This document shows positions 1 to 4,704 of a stretch of 5,353 nt of DNA, piece by piece. How positions within the stretch are numbered: the first letter of the stretch is position 1; every line of letters starts with the position of its first letter. Location of the stretch: positions 1 to 5,353 of IMG/VR virus record IMGVR_UViG_3300027711_000286. One strand, 5' to 3'. Under the pieces are notes generated by a model. The model was not told the origin of the DNA. It saw only the letters and a list, made by a program, of their open reading frames with translations, and did no database searches. The stretch comes from a virus. The position numbers were made by a program, and so were the translations under genes.

Positions 1-127
1 AGCACTCGTTACAGATGACAAACCACGCCAAACCAGAAACAGCATGACAGCAATAAAAACAAAGAAGGCTTTTACTTTCCAACTCTTAAGAATGTTAAAA
101 CGATTGTCGGCAGTAGTTTCATCACCT
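1..127. repeat. Left copy of the 127-nt terminal redundancy (circular overlap of the contig)
   Basis: Base-for-base identical to 5227..5353 by direct comparison. It lies inside the coding sequence of the Zot/pI-like gene. Confidence 0.95.
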
Positions 128-723
128 GCGCCATGTTCGCTCTTAGTATGCGACTTATAAAGCGCATAAATGTCTTTCTTAAAACGCCCTAAAATTTCTC
201 TATCACGCTTAGAAAGTGGTGGAGCTTGACCAGTTACCGCGCCTTGGTAGACGTCCACACGGTAACTCTTAGATGCGCCTAGCTTGTTTAATTTGGTAAC
301 GCGGTAGGTAAACTCGACAAGGGAGCGCATAAAACTAGCAATCTGCGCCAAGTCTTGAGTAACTAAGACTATTTCAGTAGATCGCCCATCTTCCCCTACT
401 AAATGCCTATGTTCTGCAAAAAATTCTTTATGCTTTTCGGGTAGCTTGTTAGCGTTAGTACCAGCCGCCCAAAGCCGCCAGCACTCATCTATCACAAAAA
501 GCGAGCCTGAAATAAATACCTCATCGAACCAATTAGGATTTTCTTGTATATCTTTAATGTCGAAATGAATTGGAGCCATTCCGTAGCGATCTAGAAAAAG
601 CTCTTTATTAGTTGGAATATTAGTGAAAACAATACGCTTGGCTTTACAAGCCGGAACAATGACGTTTTCTATAACGCCATAGCTTTTGCCATGCCCTGGC
701 AAGCCAGTATAAGCACTAATCAT
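1..723 (-). CDS. Zot / pI-like phage assembly ATPase, 5' part (N-terminal 241 codons); the gene continues across the circular junction into 5226..4858, 363 aa in total
   Basis: My reverse-complement translation from the ATG at 723..721 reads MISAYTGLPGHGKSYGVIENVIVPACKAKRIVFTNIPTNKELFLDRYGMAPIHFDIKDIQENPNWFDEVFISGSLFVIDECWRLWAAG...FAEHRHLVGEDGRSTEIVLVTQDL.... It contains a Walker A motif (GLPGHGKS), a Walker B-like motif (LFVIDEC) and an EHRH motif typical of Zot-family NTPases. The frame is open down to position 1. The last 20 codons (VFIAVMLFLVWRGLSSVTSA) equal the start of the 4858..5271 ORF. The start overlaps the upstream stop as TAATG. Confidence 0.9.
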   Translation of the reverse strand, partial: MISAYTGLPGHGKSYGVIENVIVPACKAKRIVFTNIPTNKELFLDRYGMAPIHFDIKDIQENPNWFDEVFISGSLFVIDECWRLWAAGTNANKLPEKHKEFFAEHRHLVGEDGRSTEIVLVTQDLAQIASFMRSLVEFTYRVTKLNKLGASKSYRVDVYQGAVTGQAPPLSKRDREILGRFKKDIYALYKSHTKSEHGAGDETTADNRFNILKSWKVKAFFVFIAVMLFLVWRGLSSVTSA

Positions 724-1031
724 TAGCCGATCACCGGTATTCTGCGAATGATAAAGCGAAGCGTGTAAGCACTAGCGATAATTGTAACGCCAGTGCTTAA
801 GGCAAAAGGTTCGGCAGCCCAAGCGACCACATCGGGCAGAGAATAACTTGTCATGTTATTTATAAAACTAGGCAATGGTATGCTCTCTATAAGATCAGCG
901 AGAGCCATTACAATAGACTCATAAACCCATAGCCCAAGACTTGTGAAAAAATCACCGATAGCCGACATATGGCAGCTTAAATCGGTTAAATCACAACTTT
1001 CATTAACGGTAATTGTTGCTAAGTCACTCAT
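723..1031 (-). CDS. pVI-like minor coat / virion-cap membrane protein (102 aa), assigned mainly by position
   Basis: ORF-track protein of 102 aa with hydrophobic segments (FFTSLGLWVYESIVMALADLI; FALSTGVTIIASAY) and a basic C-terminus (RFIIRRIPVIG). It lies between the pIII-like and pI-like genes, as gene VI does in Ff and ace does in CTXphi. A GAGG Shine-Dalgarno sits 7 nt upstream of the ATG, inside the end of the pIII-like gene. Its TAA stop overlaps the next ATG. Confidence 0.6.
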   Translation of the reverse strand: MSDLATITVNESCDLTDLSCHMSAIGDFFTSLGLWVYESIVMALADLIESIPLPSFINNMTSYSLPDVVAWAAEPFALSTGVTIIASAYTLRFIIRRIPVIG

Positions 1032-1033
1032 TT

Positions 1034-2323
1034 TTAAGCCTCAAATAAAATTCTGAAACCCAGAAAACTATAAACAACCATCATCACAGCGGTAATAACT
1101 CCGGCTATCTGCGCCCATATTGTGCAATGTATATCTGTTTGGATAACTGCGCTTATCGGTGCAGGAAAATCAATTTTAAAAATTGGACAAGTACCCGACC
1201 CCTCAAACATTCGAGGAAGATTAGCCCCTGCTTGCCCGAATTCAGACATGAGAACACGATCAAAAAACGCTTGATTAACTTCACCAAAAGAGGAATAAAC
1301 AGTGCCGACAGTGCCACCAACGCCACCAGTAATTTCTTCTTCTTCTTCTTCAGGTGGGCATAACTCGCTACCCTCCCCACAGTCAACAGGCGGTTGTTCT
1401 GTATCACCACCACCGCCAGAAGGTTCTAAGCCTTCAATGGCTGATTTAACATCACCTAGAGCTGAAACTATATCGCCCGAACCGTCACCAATAGCACCAA
1501 TTAGAGCATCTGTTTCGGAGTTAATTTGATTGCTTAAATCCCTAGCAATTTTATTATCATTTTGAATAATTGAAAAAGTACCGGCTTTGGCTGTATCAGT
1601 AGTATTACGATTTATTTTATAAGTTTGTTCTTTAATAGCTGCAATTATGCCCTCGCTATCAGGTAATTCAGGATCAGGTAATTCGGGATCAGGTTGTTCA
1701 GGATCAGGTTGTTCAGGATCAGGTTGTTCAGGATCAGGTTGTTCAGGATCAGGTTGTGGATCAGGAAATTCAGGGCGCGGATTATCGGGATCGGTAGGAT
1801 CGGGCATTCCGTCATTAGGATCGTATTCTGGATCAGGTTTGACACAGAACATGTCATCAGTACCCTCATTAACTGCTTGCTCGTCTAAACCACAACTTGG
1901 TGGATTAGACTGTTCTGGATCTTCAAAAGGTGGGTAACAAAGATATCCCGAAGGGAAACCATCAGGACATTGAGACTCTGGTTCTGGTTCAGGTTCTGGC
2001 TCTGGCTCTGGCTCTGGCTCTGGTACAGAACATTCACGAGTAGAAGGATTGAAAACACGACCAGACGAGCACGATTTTCGAGAGACATTTAAATTCATAT
2101 AAAAATTACCCTCCCTATGATTTATTCTATAAATACAAGAATTCTCACTCGAACAACTTAAAAGTTCAGCACCTACCCAACCTTCATTAGATATAGCATC
2201 AGCAATGGCTTCAGCATGAGTTAAACCTTTTCCATTACGATTGTAAACCTCCCAATAATAAGGATCAGACGACCATGAAACCGAAGAAAAGAAAAATAAG
2301 AGGGCTAATAAAAGAAAACGCAT
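1034..2323 (-). CDS. pIII-like minor coat / host-adsorption protein (429 aa) with signal peptide, two Cys-containing N-terminal domains, Pro/Glu/Asp repeat linkers and a C-terminal membrane anchor
   Basis: N-terminal signal-like sequence MRFLLLALLFFFSSVSWS. There are 4 Cys before the (PE)8 linker and 4 Cys after it. A PDPEQ/PDPEL repeat linker, a Gly-rich stretch and an EEEEEE run follow. The C-terminal hydrophobic anchor is IAGVITAVMMVVYSFLGFRILFEA. An AAGGGG Shine-Dalgarno sits 5 nt upstream of the ATG at 2323. It is the largest structural ORF and occupies the gene III position. Confidence 0.8.
   Translation of the reverse strand: MRFLLLALLFFFSSVSWSSDPYYWEVYNRNGKGLTHAEAIADAISNEGWVGAELLSCSSENSCIYRINHREGNFYMNLNVSRKSCSSGRVFNPSTRECSVPEPEPEPEPEPEPEPESQCPDGFPSGYLCYPPFEDPEQSNPPSCGLDEQAVNEGTDDMFCVKPDPEYDPNDGMPDPTDPDNPRPEFPDPQPDPEQPDPEQPDPEQPDPEQPDPELPDPELPDSEGIIAAIKEQTYKINRNTTDTAKAGTFSIIQNDNKIARDLSNQINSETDALIGAIGDGSGDIVSALGDVKSAIEGLEPSGGGGDTEQPPVDCGEGSELCPPEEEEEEITGGVGGTVGTVYSSFGEVNQAFFDRVLMSEFGQAGANLPRMFEGSGTCPIFKIDFPAPISAVIQTDIHCTIWAQIAGVITAVMMVVYSFLGFRILFEA
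1334..1351 (-). repeat. (GAA)6 trinucleotide run in the pIII-like gene, encoding EEEEEE
   Basis: + strand ttc x6 at 1334..1351. The protein reads CPPEEEEEEITGG. Confidence 0.9.
1661..1777 (-). repeat. In-frame 15-nt tandem repeat array inside the pIII-like gene (encodes PELPD x2, PEQPD x4, then degenerate PQPD/EFPD units)
   Basis: The + strand unit aggttgttcaggatc occurs four times with perfect identity at 1691..1750. Two variant units (aggtaattcaggatc, aggtaattcgggatc) lie at 1661..1690. A truncated 12-nt unit lies at 1751..1762 and a degenerate unit at 1763..1777. Confidence 0.95.
1976..2023 (-). repeat. In-frame hexanucleotide repeat (8 units) inside the pIII-like gene, encoding (Pro-Glu)8
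   Basis: + strand ctctgg ttctgg ttcagg ttctgg ctctgg ctctgg ctctgg ctctgg. The reverse complement reads CCAGAG/CCAGAA/CCTGAA, i.e. PE. Confidence 0.95.
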
Positions 2324-2332
2324 AAAAACCCC

Positions 2333-2410
2333 TTACTTAAAATAAGAGAAAAGAAAAAAAGCCGTAAAAATACCGGAGACAAAAAAAGAAAAATAATATA
2401 AATCTAACAT
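2333..2410 (-). CDS. Tiny hydrophobic ORF (25 aa, MLDLYYFSFFVSGIFTAFFLFSYFK); possible pVII/pIX-type minor coat protein
   Basis: My own translation; this ORF is below the ORF-track size cutoff. It has an ATG at 2410..2408 and a TAA stop at 2335..2333 that overlaps the Shine-Dalgarno of the pIII-like gene (stop 9 nt before its ATG). It is almost entirely aromatic/hydrophobic and about one TM helix long. Only a weak GGTG ribosome-binding site is present, and the sequence is A/T-homopolymer rich, so it could be a chance ORF. Confidence 0.35.
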   Translation of the reverse strand: MLDLYYFSFFVSGIFTAFFLFSYFK

Positions 2411-2420
2411 AGTAAGCACC

Positions 2421-2445
2421 AGAAAAAGGGCGACCGTAGCCGCCC
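2421..2445 (-). terminator. Rho-independent terminator immediately downstream of the major coat gene
   Basis: The - strand reads GGGCGGC-TACG-GTCGCCC, a 7-bp stem including one G-T pair with a 4-nt loop, followed by TTTTTCT. It starts 8 nt after the coat-gene stop. Ff phages have a strong terminator at the same position, after gene VIII. Confidence 0.7.
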
Positions 2446-2452
2446 AGTGGTA

Positions 2453-2596
2453 TTAAGAGCGGACAGCAGAAAGCAACATTTTAATGCCACGATAAGCGAC
2501 ATAAACTGTTGCAACGGCAGCGCCAATAGTACCGATACCAGTAACCACCGCGGAAAAATCCACAGCAGTCGTGATAGCTGTAAGAGCAGCTTCCAT
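2453..2596 (-). CDS. Major coat protein (pVIII-type), 47 aa, with no cleavable leader (Pf3-like class)
   Basis: My own translation; this ORF is not in the track. The sequence is MEAALTAITTAVDFSAVVTGIGTIGAAVATVYVAYRGIKMLLSAVRS. It has an acidic N-terminus (E2, D13), a continuous hydrophobic core and a basic C-terminus (R, K, R) for DNA contact. An AAGAGG Shine-Dalgarno sits 8 nt upstream of the ATG. The core resembles the remembered Pf3 coat segment ...TTIGGAIIVLAAVVLGIRWIK.... A terminator follows it. Confidence 0.8.
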   Translation of the reverse strand: MEAALTAITTAVDFSAVVTGIGTIGAAVATVYVAYRGIKMLLSAVRS

Positions 2597-2598
2597 AA

Positions 2599-2811
2599 TT
2601 AAAACCTCTTTATAGAGTTAATGAGAAAGCCAACGGCAAAAACTGCCGCTAGCGGAACCACGAGCAGCGAAAAGCCGCCCATAAAGTATTGAATAGCTAT
2701 CTCAGGAGATAGTTGTTCAATTTGGAAAGGCGCAGCGTGAACCGTTGAAACCCAGCCACTCGGACATTCAAAACTAGCGGTTAACGGTTCAGCACACGCC
2801 AAAATATACAT
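2599..2811 (-). CDS. Small membrane protein of unknown function (70 aa), in the pVII/pIX position upstream of the coat gene
   Basis: ORF-track protein with a C-terminal TM helix (GGFSLLVVPLAAVFAVGFLINSI) followed by basic KRF. The N-terminal part contains two Cys. It is tightly packed, lying 5 nt after the pV-like stop, with its own stop 2 nt before the coat ATG. An AAGG motif sits 10 nt upstream of the ATG. Confidence 0.55.
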   Translation of the reverse strand: MYILACAEPLTASFECPSGWVSTVHAAPFQIEQLSPEIAIQYFMGGFSLLVVPLAAVFAVGFLINSIKRF

Positions 2812-2816
2812 AATTA

Positions 2817-3095
2817 CTAAGCCTTACTAATCGGTTTAATATGATCGATAAGCTCAAAGCGTTTAAGCTCTAAAGCGTCATAATTGCCAACCTTAAAAGC
2901 ACTTGGCAAAAGCTGATATTGACCAACAGGTAAAAGTTGATCAGGACGTTCTAACGAGACGCTAATTTTTTCTGGAAATGCGCCCCCAGTATGGATATAA
3001 AAGAATTGAGAATAGCGAATACTGGTTACGCCATCTTTTGAAAATTCGCGAGTTTGCAACTCATGGTAGCCGTTTAGAACTTCAAGTTTTATCAT
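2817..3095 (-). CDS. ssDNA-binding protein, Ff gene V protein homologue (92 aa)
   Basis: The sequence is MIKLEVLNGYHELQTREF...FPEKISVSLERPDQLLPVGQYQLLPSAFKVGNYDALELKRFELI. It aligns by eye with the remembered M13/f1 gVp: MIKVEIKPSQAQFTTRSG...YPVLVKITLDEGQPAYAPGLYTVHLSSFKVGQFGSLMIDRLRLV. It has similar length and the same position directly after the initiator gene. An AAGGG Shine-Dalgarno sits 7 nt upstream. The ATG overlaps the initiator stop (TAATG). Confidence 0.85.
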   Translation of the reverse strand: MIKLEVLNGYHELQTREFSKDGVTSIRYSQFFYIHTGGAFPEKISVSLERPDQLLPVGQYQLLPSAFKVGNYDALELKRFELIDHIKPISKA

Positions 3096-3463
3096 TAAAT
3101 AGCCCTTACATTGTCATAATAGTTGTTTAAGAATTGTAGCTTTGGTGGTTGGTAGTCAGCAGGGAATTGATCTTCAAAGTTAATACTGATTGAACGAACT
3201 AAAGGAACAACATTGGCGTTTGCACTTCCTAGCGACTGAATAAAAGCGCGAGATAAGCCGATATTTTTTAAACAATTAAGATTGTCGTAAAAAGTGCTTT
3301 CAGCCATAGATTGCTTAACCGCATCTAAACCCCTTGCTTTTACTTCAAAATAGAACGAACGAACCGCAGTTGCTTTTCTTCTGTTAATTCTGCCGCTAGC
3401 TGATTGTGTTGTATAAATATGATCTATTTTTTCGCATATTTTATTTTCGTCTACGCTTGGCAT
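3095..3463 (-). CDS. Candidate pX-like protein (122 aa), an in-frame internal translation product of the initiator gene
   Basis: An in-frame ATG lies at 3463..3461, codon 290 counting from the ATG at 4330. It is preceded by GGAGGG (3476..3471) with a 7-nt spacer, the strongest Shine-Dalgarno in the window. The local context LEGLTMPSVDEN aligns with f1 FEGDSMNIYDDS, where pX (111 aa) initiates at pII codon 300. Confidence 0.5.
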   Translation of the reverse strand: MPSVDENKICEKIDHIYTTQSASGRINRRKATAVRSFYFEVKARGLDAVKQSMAESTFYDNLNCLKNIGLSRAFIQSLGSANANVVPLVRSISINFEDQFPADYQPPKLQFLNNYYDNVRAI

Positions 3464-4330
3464 TGTTAAGCCCTCCAAACTGTCAAAAATCGGATCGAAG
3501 CTAGTTTTCCATAGCTTTTGATAAATATCGGTTTCTATTTTTTCGCGCTTTATTAAATCTATAATGTTTGTCGGTATACCGTACTTTTCTAAAAATCTTT
3601 TTTTAATTGATGCTTCAAAACGGAGCAAATTTTTTGCGTATTCGCGGACGCTATCCAATGCAGAATGAACACGCTTAATACGTTCACAATTAGGCGACTT
3701 TTTTAATTCTTTCTCGTACTTCAAGAATTCACGCTCGACTTCTGCGCCCTTCTCATACACTTTCTTTACGCTATGAGAGCTGTTCATATTCCAATAGACA
3801 GAGCTATCATAAGAACGAGTACGCCTTACCGAACCTTGCCCCGCATCTTCAAGGGCTTTCTTTGCTTGGTGAACTAAAGCAGGACTATCGAAACGCGCAG
3901 AATAGGTAATATCTAACTGCAAAACATGAGCGTTATTTAAATCTAAGTCACCAAATAAGCCAGACCATGTATGACTAATAACATGCAAACATTCAGTAAA
4001 ACCAAGGCGGACACTGTCCAAACCGTAAACGTTATGACCTTGTAAAATTTTTGCAGGTGAGAATTTAACTTCAAGAAAAGGTTGTGGGAAAGAAACATGC
4101 CCACGCGCACGCAGACAAACAGCAATACCTGTATAAGACGAGGGTAAAGTTTCAAAAGCGTGTCCCTCATAAAATGAAACAGCGTCGCCATTCTCGTAAC
4201 CACGTTGAGAGCGAATTGTTAAACCGTCAAATCTAGCGTACTTGTCCAGATCACATACAGCAGAACCATCAGCAAGACTTAAACAAGCCTCACTTTTTAA
4301 TGGTATTCTTAAATGTAATAAATCGATCAT
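3095..4330 (-). CDS. Rolling-circle replication initiator, Ff gene II protein homologue (411 aa from the ATG at 4330; the ORF track starts 2 codons earlier at a GTG at 4336)
   Basis: From the ATG at 4330 the protein starts MIDLLHLRIPL, compared with MIDMLVLRLPF in f1 pII. Further blocks match remembered f1 pII: HAFETLPSSYTGIA vs HPFESLPTHYSGIA, LEVKFSPAKILQGHNVYG vs VEIKASPAKVLQGHNVFG, LDITYSAR vs IDATFSAR, LLRFEASIKKRFLEKYGIP vs LVRFEARIKTRYLKSFGLP, and NVVPLVRSISINF vs NVVPLVKFINVDF. An AAGGG Shine-Dalgarno sits 7 nt upstream of the ATG at 4330, which favours that start. Confidence 0.9.
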   Translation of the reverse strand: MIDLLHLRIPLKSEACLSLADGSAVCDLDKYARFDGLTIRSQRGYENGDAVSFYEGHAFETLPSSYTGIAVCLRARGHVSFPQPFLEVKFSPAKILQGHNVYGLDSVRLGFTECLHVISHTWSGLFGDLDLNNAHVLQLDITYSARFDSPALVHQAKKALEDAGQGSVRRTRSYDSSVYWNMNSSHSVKKVYEKGAEVEREFLKYEKELKKSPNCERIKRVHSALDSVREYAKNLLRFEASIKKRFLEKYGIPTNIIDLIKREKIETDIYQKLWKTSFDPIFDSLEGLTMPSVDENKICEKIDHIYTTQSASGRINRRKATAVRSFYFEVKARGLDAVKQSMAESTFYDNLNCLKNIGLSRAFIQSLGSANANVVPLVRSISINFEDQFPADYQPPKLQFLNNYYDNVRAI

Positions 4331-4336
4331 AAACAC

Positions 4337-4387
4337 GCCCTTGAAAAGAGATGAAATTATTTATAACAGAAAGGTTAAAAAATGCAA
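4337..4387. promoter_or_regulatory. Compact divergent promoter/switch region between the initiator (-) and the HTH regulator (+)
   Basis: On the - strand, TTGCAT (the complement of 4382..4387, i.e. the regulator's ATGCAA start) is followed by a 16-nt spacer and TGtTATAAA (-10 at 4365..4360 with an extended TG). On the + strand, TTGAAA (4341..4346) is followed by a 15-nt spacer and TATAAC (4362..4367). The two -10 hexamers overlap. These are consensus matches by eye only. Confidence 0.4.
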
Positions 4388-4612
4388 ACACTAAAAGCAA
4401 AGTATTTTATAGAGGTAGCAAAAAAGGAATTAGACAATAAAAAAATAATGGAAATAACAGGCATGAACCCAATGCGCTTAAGCAGAATTGAACGAGGAAT
4501 TATAGAAAAAATTGATATTGATACAGTCGCAGCACTAGCGAAAGGGTTAAATCTAACCATAGACGAGTTACACGAAAAAGCCGTAATTCTCCGTTCCACC
4601 GGAGTAAAGTAG
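4382..4612 (+). CDS. XRE/Cro-C1-type helix-turn-helix transcriptional regulator (76 aa), candidate phage repressor
   Basis: The segment IMEITGMNPMRLSRIERGIIEKIDIDTVAALAKGLNLTIDEL fits the HTH_3 (XRE) pattern: helix, turn, recognition helix ending in S-R-I-E-R-G, then ...LAKALxxxxDEL. It has an AAAGG Shine-Dalgarno 7 nt upstream. It is the only + strand gene and is divergent from the initiator, like rstR versus rstA in CTXphi. Confidence 0.85.
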   Translation: MQTLKAKYFIEVAKKELDNKKIMEITGMNPMRLSRIERGIIEKIDIDTVAALAKGLNLTIDELHEKAVILRSTGVK

Positions 4613-4633
4613 AAGGTTAATTATCTTCTACTT
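4607..4633. terminator. Hairpin overlapping the regulator stop codon; possible (bidirectional) terminator
   Basis: AAGTAGAAG (4607..4615) pairs with CTTCTACTT (4625..4633), giving a 9-bp stem and a 9-nt loop. There is no strong U-tract on the + strand, and TTTAC follows on the - strand. This is a weak call. Confidence 0.3.
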
Positions 4634-4680
4634 AATGCGCCCGCTTTCCTCGCTACGCTCGGAAATTGCGGTTCGCATAA
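4632..4680. other. GC-rich 49-nt imperfect hairpin in the intergenic region (ssDNA structural element)
   Basis: The sequence is TTAATGCGC-CCGC-TTTCC [loop tcgctacgctc] GGAAA-tt-GCGG-TTCGCATAA. Pairings are 4641..4644 with 4668..4671, 4645..4649 with 4661..4665, and 4636..4639 with 4674..4677, plus AT pairs at the base. Small bulges are present. It is the only GC-rich island in an AT-rich spacer. Confidence 0.55.
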
Positions 4681-4697
4681 GTAATATCAAACCAAAA
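4670..4697 (+). promoter_or_regulatory. dif-like site (candidate XerCD attP): good XerC arm, AT-rich 6-nt centre, degenerate XerD arm
   Basis: GGTTCGCATAA GTAATA TCAAACCAAAA compared with E. coli dif GGTGCGCATAA TGTATA TTATGTTAAAT. The XerC arm matches at 10/11 and the XerD arm at 5/11. An inverted second XerC-like arm lies at 4633..4643: its reverse complement CGGGCGCATTA matches V. cholerae dif1 AGTGCGCATTA at 9/11. Confidence 0.35.
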
Positions 4698-4704
4698 CCA
4701 AAAA

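Noticed and set aside
1-127. The 127-nt direct repeat at both window ends as att sites, LTRs or transposon ends
   Set aside because: The repeat lies entirely inside the coding sequence of the pI/Zot-like gene, and joining it restores a single intact ORF. That is the signature of a circular molecule linearised with overlap, not of integration or transposition.
723-1031. Labelling the Zot-like and pVI-like (Ace-position) proteins as enterotoxins
   Set aside because: Zot and Ace toxin activities are specific observations for CTXphi proteins. Here only the conserved morphogenesis roles (assembly ATPase, minor coat) are supported by motifs and synteny.
1661-1777. The regular 15-nt repeats as a CRISPR-like or iteron array
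   Set aside because: The repeats are directly tandem with no spacers, lie in frame within the pIII-like gene and encode a PDPEQ-type linker. Units of 15 nt are far shorter than CRISPR repeats.
1127-1937. + strand ORFs 1127..1363, 1302..1529, 1647..1937 and 1694..1888 from the ORF track, including a SGSGCSGSGC-type low-complexity protein
   Set aside because: All are antisense to the well-supported pIII-like gene. Their length comes from the in-frame tandem repeats and low-complexity sequence being stop-free on the opposite strand. They have no ribosome-binding sites and no recognisable protein features.
1153-2088. - strand alternative-frame ORFs 1153..1413, 1645..1869 and 1885..2088
   Set aside because: They are nested out of frame within the pIII-like gene. 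Their translations are repeat-derived (LILNN repeats, QSQSQS) or K-rich junk. The pIII frame explains the region.
3943-4203. 86-aa - strand ORF in an alternative frame inside the initiator gene
   Set aside because: It lies out of frame within a gene whose main frame shows clear pII similarity. It has no Shine-Dalgarno and a composition typical of an off-frame translation.
4334-4336. GTG start used by the ORF track for the initiator (MFMIDLL...)
   Set aside because: The ATG two codons downstream (4330) is correctly spaced from the AAGGG Shine-Dalgarno and gives an N-terminus MIDLLHLRIP matching Ff pII MIDMLVLRLP. The GTG is only 1 nt from the Shine-Dalgarno.
4375-4599. 74-aa - strand ORF antisense to the HTH regulator
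   Set aside because: It mirrors the regulator gene almost exactly. The + strand frame has a convincing XRE-type HTH motif and a Shine-Dalgarno, while the antisense product is low-complexity and hydrophobic (I/F/S-rich).
4687-4697. Calling a complete 28-bp dif site (XerC arm + centre + XerD arm)
   Set aside because: Only the XerC arm is convincing. The putative XerD arm TCAAACCAAAA matches TTATGTTAAAT at 5/11, which is about background for AT-rich sequence. I therefore report only a dif-like XerC arm with a degenerate partner.
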